Assembly: GCA_964408905.1 (NCBI GenBank)
Contig: CAYPBD010000003.1
Coordinates: 1-19,096, forward strand
Reading direction: 5' to 3'
From: Candidatus Woesearchaeota archaeon
GTDB taxonomy: Archaea; Nanobdellota; Nanobdellia; Pacearchaeales; GW2011-AR1
Length of the DNA: 19,096 nucleotides
In this document: positions 1-7,930 of the stretch, piece by piece
Position numbering within the stretch: the first letter of the stretch is position 1
Layout of the letters: the number at the start of each line of letters is the position of its first letter
Translations under genes and position numbers: made by a program
The notes under the pieces: generated by a model
Told to the model about the DNA's origin: nothing
The model's database searches: none
The model's input: only the letters and a program-made list of their open reading frames with translations

Positions 1-1043
1 AATTCATTTCCAAAATTTTCAATTAAAGAATTATAAATTGTCCAAACTCCTTTACTATTAATTCCAATTCCTTTATACATTGAAATTACTTCATGTAAAG
101 GCAGCATCTTTACAAACATTTTTCCATCACTTTTATCACTTGAAGATAATTCTTCAACTCTGTTTTCAACACCAATAGTTAATTTTTTCCCACACTTAGG
201 ACAAATTCCATTCAATTTTTCAGATTCCAAAGGAGAACATGAAAAACCACAATTTCTATGTCCATCCCAATGATATTTTCCATAAGCAGGTTCGGTTTCA
301 ATAGTTCCAATAAAATCATTATTTCTAATCTGCCTAATAAGTTCTTCATAAGAATCTGTCTTCTTAAAAATAGTCGCTTCTCTTCCTAATCTCCAAGGCC
401 AAAAAGAATGGCTATCACTAAAACTAACAATTGATTTGTTTTCTAATTCTTTTATCTTCCAGTTCATTTCAGGATCAGAACTTATTCCAGTTTCAATAGC
501 ATGAATATTTTCAACCTGTGAACCAAATGCCTCCTTTAAAGAGTCAAATCCACTCATAGAACCAAAAACCCCAAAATAAGGCGTCCAAATATGTGCAGGA
601 ATAATTTCAATATCTTTAGAAATATTCATCATATCTAAAACAAATTGCTCACATGGGATTCCAAAAATAGGTCTTCCATCATAATCTCTTCTTCCTTTAG
701 TATCAAGATAAGCATTAATCTTTTCAGCAATCTCTATAGAAGGTAAAAGCAAAACCAAATGAACTTTTCTTCCTCTTCCTTGAGTATAAATAAAAGAAAT
801 TTCTCCTGTTATAATAAAAGGAAAATCCTCATAAAAATAAAGACCTTTTCCATTGGATTTCAACTTCTCTTTAATTTCTTTTAACCAAATAGGATGAGAA
901 AAATCTCCTGTTCCAAGCAAATTCAATCCTTTTATTTTAGCCCATTTAACTAAATTCTCAATATTCAATCTAGAACTACATGCTCTTGAAAATCGTGAAT
1001 GAATATGTAAATCAGCAATCATCCAATCTGATTTATTTTCCAT
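1..1043 (-). CDS. Endonuclease Q-like PHP-domain nuclease with Zn-ribbon; C-terminus runs off the window
   Basis: Absent from the ORF track because there is no stop in the window. The reverse complement from the ATG at 1043-1041 reads MENKSDWMIADLHIHSRFSRACS..KGLNLLGTGDFSHP..IIPAHIWTPYFG..SFSDSHSFWPWRLGRE..GKYHWDGHRNCG..CPKCGKKLTIGVENRVEEL, open down to position 1. The motif order matches the archaeal EndoQ / TIGR00375 family as I recall it. Confidence 0.75.
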   Translation of the reverse strand, partial: MENKSDWMIADLHIHSRFSRACSSRLNIENLVKWAKIKGLNLLGTGDFSHPIWLKEIKEKLKSNGKGLYFYEDFPFIITGEISFIYTQGRGRKVHLVLLLPSIEIAEKINAYLDTKGRRDYDGRPIFGIPCEQFVLDMMNISKDIEIIPAHIWTPYFGVFGSMSGFDSLKEAFGSQVENIHAIETGISSDPEMNWKIKELENKSIVSFSDSHSFWPWRLGREATIFKKTDSYEELIRQIRNNDFIGTIETEPAYGKYHWDGHRNCGFSCSPLESEKLNGICPKCGKKLTIGVENRVEELSSSDKSDGKMFVKMLPLHEVISMYKGIGINSKGVWTIYNSLIENFGNE

Positions 1044-1073
1044 AATAATCTAGAAATAAAATACTATAAATAT

Positions 1074-2648
1074 TTATTGTTGGGGTTTTTTCTTCATAGC
1101 AATTCCACCACCTATAATAGCAGCTAGAACAACTACTCCAATAATAATCCATAACCAAGTCAAATTTGTTTTTTCTGCCCCCTCTCCAGGTTCTCCTGTC
1201 TCAGATGGTTGTCCCTCTTCCCCTTCTTCCATTGCTTTTGAACTAATAGCAAAATAACTAAATGAAGTTAATTCAACATCATAGTAATAATAAGTATCAT
1301 CTTCATCTGTATAAGTAGTAGTCAATTCATTCCATTCTTCATTACTCTCATCAAATTTAAATAAAGCTATATTATCCTTATCAAGTCCATTATTAGAAAC
1401 CCAAGTTTTCTCAACTTGAATAGTTATTGTTGCTTTATCTAATTTATCCTCTAAATTTTGTGTATCAATCTTCAAATATCTATAGTTATCTCCTGTCTTT
1501 TCAGAAACCTCTGCAGGTTTAGTATCATATTTTGAAACTGTTACTTTAACATTTTGTGCTTCACTATTAACCTCAACTGCAATTTGTTTAATTCCTGCAT
1601 TTCCATCAACATTTTTAATTACAATTTCTTCTCCTGGAGTTATCTTTGGTAATAAATTTGTCTTTGTAGTAGGACCACTAGAACTACTTTTTTTCACATT
1701 TGATTCACCTGTAACTGTATAAGTATCAGTATTTGAAGCAACATTACCTGCATAATCATATCCCGTACAAGTATAGGTAAAAGTTCCAGTTAAAGCAGGA
1801 GAAGATGTTCCATCATCAGAAGTTGAAGATTGAGCATTCTTGCTTGTATTTATTCCAGAAGTGGCATCTGATCTTGTACATGAACAAGGAAAACTTTCTC
1901 CAACAACAACTGAACTTGTACAACTAGCTTGAATAGCAGGAGCAGTTGTATCTATTTCTACATATCTTCCTGTTTTATTCAGAAGAGAATTACCAGCACT
2001 ATCATTTGCATAAATAATAATCTGATGAATTCCATCTGTTGCACCAGTCAAATTCAAAGTTGTACTATTACACCAACCATTATTCGCTGAAACAGACTGG
2101 TTTGTTCCATTTATACTAAACCAACATTCATATATGGCTGAAGTAGAATTAACATCGGCAACAGAAACATTTAATGTTAACTGATCTGTATTTTTATATG
2201 CTTTATTAGTTGCTGAAGAATTTGTATATGAATTAAGAGTTATTGTTGAAGGAGAATAAATATCCATAATTATTGAAATATTACTTGCATTAAGGGCATT
2301 TGAATGAGGAACAGTAGCATTTACTCTCTGAACCATAAAAGTATAATTTGCATCTGTACTATTAGTATAAATAACCCCTGTAACAGAATCATTTTTTATA
2401 GATTTAAAGAAATTTAATCCGCCATCAACACTAATCCAAATAGTATAATTACCTGCATCTGTATCTCCTGCTGTCCAATTAATAGAAACTATACCATCTC
2501 CATCATAATAATCCGAAGTATTAAGTCCAAACATCACATGAGTAGGTGCTGCAGGAGTAACAGCAGCTGTAATAATTAAACCAATTATAATTAAAGTACT
2601 TAAAATAAAGATTCCATAAAGTAAAAATTTATTTTTATTTTCCATCAT
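1074..2648 (-). CDS. Secreted or anchored cell-surface (S-layer-like) glycoprotein with a PGF-pre-PGF-like domain and C-terminal TM anchor
   Basis: 524-aa ORF with an N-terminal signal/TM (FLLYGIFILSTLIIIGLIIT) and an S/T/N-rich, beta-rich body with many N-x-S/T sequons. The segment ATITIQVEKTWVSNNGLDKDNIALFKFDESNEEWNELTTTYTDEDDTYYYYDVELTSFSYFAISS resembles the archaeal PGF-pre-PGF domain. The C-terminal TM plus basic tail (WLWIIIGVVVLAAIIGGGIAMKKKPQQ) has no literal PGF motif. A GAGG Shine-Dalgarno-like element at 2651-2654 favours the second ATG (2645-2643). Confidence 0.7.
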   Translation of the reverse strand: MMENKNKFLLYGIFILSTLIIIGLIITAAVTPAAPTHVMFGLNTSDYYDGDGIVSINWTAGDTDAGNYTIWISVDGGLNFFKSIKNDSVTGVIYTNSTDANYTFMVQRVNATVPHSNALNASNISIIMDIYSPSTITLNSYTNSSATNKAYKNTDQLTLNVSVADVNSTSAIYECWFSINGTNQSVSANNGWCNSTTLNLTGATDGIHQIIIYANDSAGNSLLNKTGRYVEIDTTAPAIQASCTSSVVVGESFPCSCTRSDATSGINTSKNAQSSTSDDGTSSPALTGTFTYTCTGYDYAGNVASNTDTYTVTGESNVKKSSSSGPTTKTNLLPKITPGEEIVIKNVDGNAGIKQIAVEVNSEAQNVKVTVSKYDTKPAEVSEKTGDNYRYLKIDTQNLEDKLDKATITIQVEKTWVSNNGLDKDNIALFKFDESNEEWNELTTTYTDEDDTYYYYDVELTSFSYFAISSKAMEEGEEGQPSETGEPGEGAEKTNLTWLWIIIGVVVLAAIIGGGIAMKKKPQQ

Positions 2649-2739
2649 AACCTCTTTTAATAATTTAACTTAAGAAAAAATAGTTTATAAATCTTTTTTT
2701 TTGAATTTTCAAAAACATAAATCTTTTAAATAATAAAAT

Positions 2740-3231
2740 ATGACGACAAACATGGAAGAAAGAACTTTAGTTTTAATAAAACCAGATGGACTTGTTAAAA
2801 GTTTAACAGGAAATATTATTACTGCTCTCTCAGCAACACAATTAAAAATCGTCGGTGCAAAAGTTGTAAAAGTATCAAGAAAACTTGCAGAAAAACATTA
2901 TTTAGGATTAAAAGAAAAAAAAATAAAACAATTTGGGCAAAAAAAAGGAACTCAAGTTTTTGAATCAACATTAGATTATATTCAAGGAAAATTTCATACA
3001 GATAGAGTTTTAGCATTAATATACAAAGGAAAAGATGCAGTAAATAAAGTAAGACAAATTGCAGGAAAAACTAATCCTGAAAAAGCACATCCAATCTCTA
3101 TCCGAGGAAAATATGGAAGAATTCATTCTGAAACAAATGTTTTTGAAAATGTAATCCATTGTTCTGACAGCATCGATAATGCAGAAAAAGAAATTGCAAT
3201 GTGGTTTAAGCCAGACGAGATTGTCGAATAA
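2740..3231 (+). CDS. ndk: Nucleoside diphosphate kinase
   Basis: ERTLVLIKPDG near the N-terminus and the NVIHCSDS active-site His motif. Length is 163 aa with an ATG start. Confidence 0.93.
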   Translation: MTTNMEERTLVLIKPDGLVKSLTGNIITALSATQLKIVGAKVVKVSRKLAEKHYLGLKEKKIKQFGQKKGTQVFESTLDYIQGKFHTDRVLALIYKGKDAVNKVRQIAGKTNPEKAHPISIRGKYGRIHSETNVFENVIHCSDSIDNAEKEIAMWFKPDEIVE

Positions 3232-3235
3232 AATT

Positions 3236-4213
3236 TTAAGCTTTATCTTTAATTCCTGCATTAGTTACCCAATAAACAGCTTCGTTATCAGGAAGATTAG
3301 GAGAATCAATTAATTTTGCAACTCTTGAACCCTGCTTTCCTCTTCGTAAATACATTCTATAAGTTGAAGCATGTCCAACAATGTTTCCTCCAATTGCAGT
3401 TGTTGGATCTCCAAACATTTGTGCAGGATTTGACATAACCTGATTAGTCACATAAATTGCAAGATTGTGTGTCTCTGCAAGTTTCATTAAATCATGCATA
3501 TATCGATTCAACTTTTGTTGTCTGTCTGCAAGTTGTCCTCGACCAGAAAACTCTGCTCTAAAATGTGCAGTTAAAGAATCTATAATCATTAATTTAATAG
3601 GTTCACCATTCTTAACCATTTCCCCAACTTTTTCCAATAATAACATTTGATGGTCAGAATTAAAAGCACGAGCAACAAAAATATTTTTCAAAACTTTTTC
3701 AGGATTTGCTCCAAGCCCTTCAGCAATTTGTTTTATTCTTGCAGGTCTAAAAGTTCCTTCTGTATCAATAAAAACACATTTTCCATTTGCTCCTCCTTTT
3801 TCAGAAGGCAGTTGTACATTTACTGCTAAAGTCAAACCAAATTGAGTCTTTCCAGAACCATATGCTCCAAAAGCTTCTGTAATTGCTCGAGACTCTATCC
3901 CTTTTCCTCCCAGAAGATTATTCAACTCTTCACTCCCCGTAGTAATATTAATAACGTTCGCTCTTTTTTCTGCATACTGCATTCCATCAACAAAACCTAA
4001 ATCTAACATTTTTCTCGCAGCCTGAATTGCTTTTCTTGCAACAGCAGCACTAACTCCAGCAGCATCTGAAATTGTAGAAGGTGAAGAAACAGCCAAAGAC
4101 ATTAAATCTAAAATTCCTGCATTTTCTAATTTAGCAGAAACAGCCGGACCAATTCCAGGCAAATCAGTTAATTCAGGTTCTTTATCAGAATTCGCATCCT
4201 TTTTTGTTGCCAT
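3236..4213 (-). CDS. radA: DNA repair and recombination protein RadA
   Basis: N-terminal HhH (LTDLPGIGPAVSAKLENAGI), Walker A (GAYGSGKTQ) and a Walker B-like MIIDSLT. The 325-aa length is typical of archaeal RadA. Confidence 0.93.
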   Translation of the reverse strand: MATKKDANSDKEPELTDLPGIGPAVSAKLENAGILDLMSLAVSSPSTISDAAGVSAAVARKAIQAARKMLDLGFVDGMQYAEKRANVINITTGSEELNNLLGGKGIESRAITEAFGAYGSGKTQFGLTLAVNVQLPSEKGGANGKCVFIDTEGTFRPARIKQIAEGLGANPEKVLKNIFVARAFNSDHQMLLLEKVGEMVKNGEPIKLMIIDSLTAHFRAEFSGRGQLADRQQKLNRYMHDLMKLAETHNLAIYVTNQVMSNPAQMFGDPTTAIGGNIVGHASTYRMYLRRGKQGSRVAKLIDSPNLPDNEAVYWVTNAGIKDKA

Positions 4214-4234
4214 AAAAAATCAAAATTACTCTCG

Positions 4235-4242
4235 TTTATAAA
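4235..4242 (-). promoter_or_regulatory. TATA-box candidate (TTTATAAA) for radA, 21-nt spacer to the ATG (leaderless geometry)
   Basis: Exact TTTATAAA octamer 21 nt upstream of the ATG at 4213. The same geometry recurs at several other genes in the window. The AT-rich background weakens the significance. Confidence 0.45.
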
Positions 4243-4279
4243 GATTATTTAAATACAAGAGATAGTTTAGAAAATAGAA

Positions 4280-4987
4280 TTAAAATTCAACATCTCTCAA
4301 AATTTTTTTATCAATAAATTCATCATCTTTTTGTATCCTATCCATCTCAACCCACCTAAATTTTTTAGATTTAACAATATCTAACAAATGAGGAATGTCT
4401 GAAAAAAGTTTATGCTCAAACATTTCTTTTTCACTTAACCAAACATTTTCTCCTTCTCTCATCTTCTCTAAAAATTCCCCTCTAGGATTAGTACAAAGTA
4501 AAATAAACATTTGGTGGTTATAACTTAACTCACTATTATTATAAGTTTTAGATGACCAAATTCCTTTTAACTTTAAATCACACTCAAGCCCAGTCTCTTC
4601 CTTAATTTCTTTTTTTGCACATTCATAAATATATTGAGAAAACTCTAACTTTCCTCCAATAAACCCATAATAACCATAAAAAGGTTCCTTTAATCTCCTA
4701 CTCATTAAATATTTATTTTTCGCTTTATCATATATAACACAAATAATTCCAATTAAAGGAAATTTTGTTTTATTCCCACTTATTCCATCAACATATGTAG
4801 CATATTTCTTTCCCTTATGACTCAAACAATATTTACCTTCAATCTTCTCAACTAATTCATCTTCTTCTAAAATTTTTAAATGATATGCAAACTTATTACT
4901 ATTTCCATTTTTGCCCCAAAGTTCATTAAAACTCATACCAGAAGAATGCATTAATTTTCTTAATATACTTGCTCTATGTTCATGCAT
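4280..4987 (-). CDS. Fusion protein: N-terminal winged-helix (ArsR/MarR-like) DNA-binding domain plus C-terminal Nudix hydrolase domain
   Basis: The N-terminus (ASILRKLMHSSGMSFNELWGKNGNSNKFAYHLKILEEDELVEK) looks like a wHTH. The Nudix box GGKLEFSQYIYECAKKEIKEETGLE fits Gx5Ex7[RK]EUxEExGU with K in place of R. Confidence 0.8.
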   Translation of the reverse strand: MHEHRASILRKLMHSSGMSFNELWGKNGNSNKFAYHLKILEEDELVEKIEGKYCLSHKGKKYATYVDGISGNKTKFPLIGIICVIYDKAKNKYLMSRRLKEPFYGYYGFIGGKLEFSQYIYECAKKEIKEETGLECDLKLKGIWSSKTYNNSELSYNHQMFILLCTNPRGEFLEKMREGENVWLSEKEMFEHKLFSDIPHLLDIVKSKKFRWVEMDRIQKDDEFIDKKILRDVEF

Positions 4988-5008
4988 ACAAAAAAGAGAA
5001 AGTCATAT

Positions 5009-5016
5009 TTTATAAA
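5009..5016 (-). promoter_or_regulatory. TATA-box candidate (TTTATAAA) for the wHTH-Nudix gene, 21-nt spacer
   Basis: Exact TTTATAAA 21 nt upstream of the ATG at 4987. Confidence 0.45.
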
Positions 5017-5022
5017 CAAGTA

Positions 5023-5040
5023 TGTCAAATTAATTTGACA
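5023..5040. promoter_or_regulatory. Perfect 18-bp palindrome TGTCAAATTAATTTGACA: candidate operator (or rpa 3' hairpin)
   Basis: The sequence is self-complementary over all 18 bp. It lies 2 nt after the stop of the RPA-like gene and 6 nt upstream of the TATA candidate of the wHTH-Nudix gene. Confidence 0.5.
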
Positions 5041-5041
5041 A

Positions 5042-5968
5042 TTAATTTTCTAAATTCTTAACCAAATCATCTAAATTAATTTCCTTAGCATTATTCACAA
5101 TAAATTCAGGATTATTAAAAAATTTATTCATCCTTACACTACCTGAAAAAACAAATTCCTTTCCAAGTAAATCTTCTCTTTGAAAACTTAATTTTTCTGG
5201 GTCCTCTAAATTAGCTAAACCAATTTTTGGAAGATTTTCATGAAATAATACTGCTCTAATACTTTCAGTTCCATCATCTAAAACAATATTAATTAAAGCT
5301 TTTTTTTCAAAACTTATTCCTTGTGCTTTTTCCTCTTCTGTAATCTTTTTCCCAGTTGATTTATTAACTTCAAAAAATCTTGGAGGAAAACTTTGGACAA
5401 TAAATGCTCTCACACTTGCATTATCATTTACTTTAAAATCAGCAATATTTTTTTCCTTGACAATTCTTTCTGTTTTAACATTATCCAAAATTTCACTACT
5501 TAATTTTAATTCAGAAAAACTTCCTAAATGTAATTCATTATCCCTCATACTTGCATTTACAATCTCAATAACTTTATCTTTTACAATATCTCCTTTTTCT
5601 ATCAAAGCTATATGATTTGTATCCCACAAAACAACTTTAATATTTGAAGTATCATCTGCAATAAACAAATTAGTAACTTTGCCTTCATCACCTTTTTTTG
5701 TTGTAAATGTTCTTACAGGAGATAAATTAATAACTTTTCCAACAACATTAACTTTTCTCATACCCGGAAGCAATTCATTTATTTTTAATTTCTCATTATC
5801 AAAAGAAATTCCAAGTTCAGCAGCAATTATTTGTGCAGCGCCTTCTTTACTAATTAATCCTGAAAGCTTTGCTTTCTTAGCCTCAATTCTCCTTTCTATT
5901 TCCTCTTTTTCTAACCCAGAAGAATTAGCAATTTTCTCTAAAATTTTTTCATAATTTCCTTGAATCAT
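5042..5968 (-). CDS. Replication protein A-like ssDNA-binding protein (two OB folds)
   Basis: The N-terminal helical module (EKILEKIANSSGLEKEEIERRIEAKKAKLSGLISKEGAAQIIAAELGI) is typical of euryarchaeal-type RPA. Two OB-like repeats follow (VNVVGKVINLSPVRTF..KGDEGKV..LFIADDTSNIKVVLWD and ASVRAFIVQ..). Confidence 0.7.
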   Translation of the reverse strand: MIQGNYEKILEKIANSSGLEKEEIERRIEAKKAKLSGLISKEGAAQIIAAELGISFDNEKLKINELLPGMRKVNVVGKVINLSPVRTFTTKKGDEGKVTNLFIADDTSNIKVVLWDTNHIALIEKGDIVKDKVIEIVNASMRDNELHLGSFSELKLSSEILDNVKTERIVKEKNIADFKVNDNASVRAFIVQSFPPRFFEVNKSTGKKITEEEKAQGISFEKKALINIVLDDGTESIRAVLFHENLPKIGLANLEDPEKLSFQREDLLGKEFVFSGSVRMNKFFNNPEFIVNNAKEINLDDLVKNLEN

Positions 5969-5989
5969 AAATTAAAAAATTCCCGAACA

Positions 5990-5997
5990 TTTTTAAG
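5990..5997 (-). promoter_or_regulatory. Weak TATA-like candidate (CTTAAAAA on the minus strand) for the RPA-like gene, 21-nt spacer
   Basis: A/T octamer 21 nt upstream of the ATG at 5968. An alternative TTATATAA at 6001-6008 would imply a UTR of about 10 nt. Confidence 0.3.
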
Positions 5998-6013
5998 TAT
6001 TTATATAACAAAA

Positions 6014-6021
6014 CTTATAAA
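6014..6021 (+). promoter_or_regulatory. TATA-box candidate (CTTATAAA) for ef1b, 21-nt spacer
   Basis: Octamer 21 nt upstream of the ATG at 6043. Confidence 0.4.
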
Positions 6022-6042
6022 CCAATTAAAATAAAATAAAAT

Positions 6043-6312
6043 ATGGGAACTGCAGGAATTAAAATAAAAATCATGCCTTTATCTCCAGAAGTAAATTTAG
6101 AAGAAATAAAAAAAGAATCTCAGAAATTAATTGAAGAAAAGGGCGGAAAAAATTGCAGGTTTGAAGAAGAACCAATTGCATTTGGTTTAAAAGCAATAAT
6201 AACTTTTTTTGAATGGCCTGAAGAAAATGAAGTTGAAGAATTAGAAAGTGAATTAAAAAAAATAAAAGATGTTAATTCTGTTCAAATTATAGATATGAGA
6301 AGACTCATTTAA
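6043..6312 (+). CDS. ef1b: Translation elongation factor aEF-1 beta
   Basis: 89 aa. KIKIMPLSPEVNLEEI..EEEPIAFGLKAI..VNSVQIIDMRRL matches the archaeal EF-1beta pattern and size. Confidence 0.88.
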   Translation: MGTAGIKIKIMPLSPEVNLEEIKKESQKLIEEKGGKNCRFEEEPIAFGLKAIITFFEWPEENEVEELESELKKIKDVNSVQIIDMRRLI

Positions 6313-6313
6313 A

Positions 6314-6940
6314 ATGTTATCCAAAGAACAAGCCAATCAAGTAAAAAAACAATTAATTCATCAAATCGAATCAAATTTTCCAGAAGACAAAAAGGAAATA
6401 GCAATTCAGCAAGTTGAATCTATGAGTAATGAACAACTTGAGGAATTCTTAAAACAAAATAAGTTAATAAAAAATCAACAAGGTGAACCACAACAATGCA
6501 TCTTCTGTTCAATTATTAATGGAAAAATTCCCTCATATAAAATTGACGAAAATGAAAAAGGAATTGCAATTCTCGAGATAAAACCAATCTCTTATGGACA
6601 TACAATCATAATTCCAAAAGAACATATAAAATCTGAAAAAGAACTTCCAAAAGAAGCAATAGAATTAGCACAAAAAGTTGCAAAAAAAATTAAAGAAAAA
6701 TTAAATCCAAAAGAAGTTTCTATTTCTCCCATTAATATTTTAGGACATGAAGCAATAAATGTTCTCCCAATATATGAAAATGAAAACATGAATTCTCCAC
6801 GAAAACAGATTCAGCCAGAAGAACTTGAAGAATTACAAAATAAATTACTAAAAAAGAAAAAAGAAATTAAAGAAGAACCTAAGAAAGAAATAGAAAATAT
6901 TAACGAAAAAAATACATGGTTACCAAAAAGAATTCCATAA
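6314..6940 (+). CDS. HIT-superfamily protein with an N-terminal helical extension and a degenerate histidine triad
   Basis: CIFCSIINGKIPSYKIDENEKGIAILEIKPISYGHTIIIPKEH is a typical HIT-fold N-terminal half. HEAINVLP replaces the canonical HxHxHxx motif. The start is 1 nt after the ef1b stop. Confidence 0.75.
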   Translation: MLSKEQANQVKKQLIHQIESNFPEDKKEIAIQQVESMSNEQLEEFLKQNKLIKNQQGEPQQCIFCSIINGKIPSYKIDENEKGIAILEIKPISYGHTIIIPKEHIKSEKELPKEAIELAQKVAKKIKEKLNPKEVSISPINILGHEAINVLPIYENENMNSPRKQIQPEELEELQNKLLKKKKEIKEEPKKEIENINEKNTWLPKRIP

Positions 6941-7774
6941 ATCTATCCATTTATAAAATAATATTAAAACTAAAAAACTAATTAAAAAAACAGGAGTAAA
7001 AGGGATTCCTTGTTTTATCTTAACAGTTTTGTAATTTTTTTTAATTTGTCTAATATCTTTTTTACTTAAACCATCCCAATTTGATTTAATTAGTTTTTTT
7101 CCAACCCTTAAATCCCTATAAATCCAATCTCCTTCTGTTAATTGATTTGCTTTAATTTTTTTTACCATACAAGATTCATCAACAGCTTTTGCATAAATAT
7201 ACAAATAAGGTAAAATAAAAAATATAATTCCAAAATATAATAAAAAAACTTCTGAAAATATAAAACAAAAGACAAAAAAAGCAATTCCAGCCAATACAAA
7301 AGGATAAATAATTTTCTTTTTATTTTTAAGTTGTTTATTAAATTCCTTTTTAAATTCTTTAAAATTTTTCATACTTAAAAAAATACTAATTATTAAACTA
7401 TAAAGAGCACCGAAAGAGAAGAAAATAAGAAAGAATAATCCAAAAATATTTACATTATTAAAAAAATTCTCAGAAAAAGGTAAAATAGTTCCTAAAGCAA
7501 TCATTAATTTAGCATCCCCTCCTGCAAACATTCGTCCATAATAAAGTAGATTCCCAATAACAAAAAAAATTCCAAGACCAATCAATCCTTGATAAAAAAA
7601 AGCAAAACCATTTGCATTTTGAGAAAATAAACAATAAAAAAATCTAAAGCCTAAAGCAAAAATTATTAAAGAAAAATTAAGCCAGTTCGCAACTTCTCTT
7701 TTTTTTAAATCCTGAACAACAGCAAAAATAATCCAAACTATTGCCAACACTGATAAAAAAATAATCTCATACAT
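6920..7774 (-). CDS. A24-family aspartic prepilin/preflagellin peptidase (PibD/FlaK/EppA-like)
   Basis: Polytopic membrane protein with the first catalytic Asp in VVQDLKKREVANW near the N-terminus and the second in the GxGD-type motif FAGGDAKLMIALG. The C-terminal GIPFTPVFLISF is typical of the family. Confidence 0.85.
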   Translation of the reverse strand: MYEIIFLSVLAIVWIIFAVVQDLKKREVANWLNFSLIIFALGFRFFYCLFSQNANGFAFFYQGLIGLGIFFVIGNLLYYGRMFAGGDAKLMIALGTILPFSENFFNNVNIFGLFFLIFFSFGALYSLIISIFLSMKNFKEFKKEFNKQLKNKKKIIYPFVLAGIAFFVFCFIFSEVFLLYFGIIFFILPYLYIYAKAVDESCMVKKIKANQLTEGDWIYRDLRVGKKLIKSNWDGLSKKDIRQIKKNYKTVKIKQGIPFTPVFLISFLVLILFYKWIDLWNSFW

Positions 7775-7930
7775 TAAATCAAATATAATTTTATATTAAT
7801 AAAGTTTTAGAATTACTCTGCCAGGTTCTTTTTTTTCCGCCTTTTTTATAAGGATGTTTTTTCTTTTCCTTCTTCTTATCTTTTTTCTTTTTTCTTTTTT
7901 GAGAACAGGCATATTCTGACATTTTAAAAA

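Noticed and set aside
2692-2739. An ndk promoter or TATA assignment in the divergent intergenic region.
   Set aside because: No TATA-like octamer sits at the spacing used by other genes. The clear TTTATAAA at 2684-2691 is better placed for the divergent surface-protein gene, giving a 35-nt spacer with a GAGG SD-like element. Assignment to ndk would be guesswork.
6920-6940. A 21-nt convergent overlap between the 3' ends of the HIT-like gene (+) and the A24 peptidase gene (-).
   Set aside because: This is probably just compact genome organisation. Both C-termini are plausible (a Lys-rich tail versus a terminal TM helix), and nothing indicates antisense regulation or a frameshift.
7791-7922. 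A 43-aa Lys-rich minus-strand ORF (MSEYACSQKRKKKKDKKKEKKKHPYKKGGKKRTWQSNSKTLLI) lies in the gap between the last pilin-like gene and the A24 peptidase. It coincides with a long polypurine (minus strand) / polypyrimidine (plus strand) tract.
   Set aside because: It could be a tiny basic (ribosomal-protein-like) gene, but the sequence is mostly a homopurine low-complexity run with no motif I recognise and no convincing promoter spacing. I treat it as an intergenic low-complexity tract unless conservation or Ribo-seq says otherwise.
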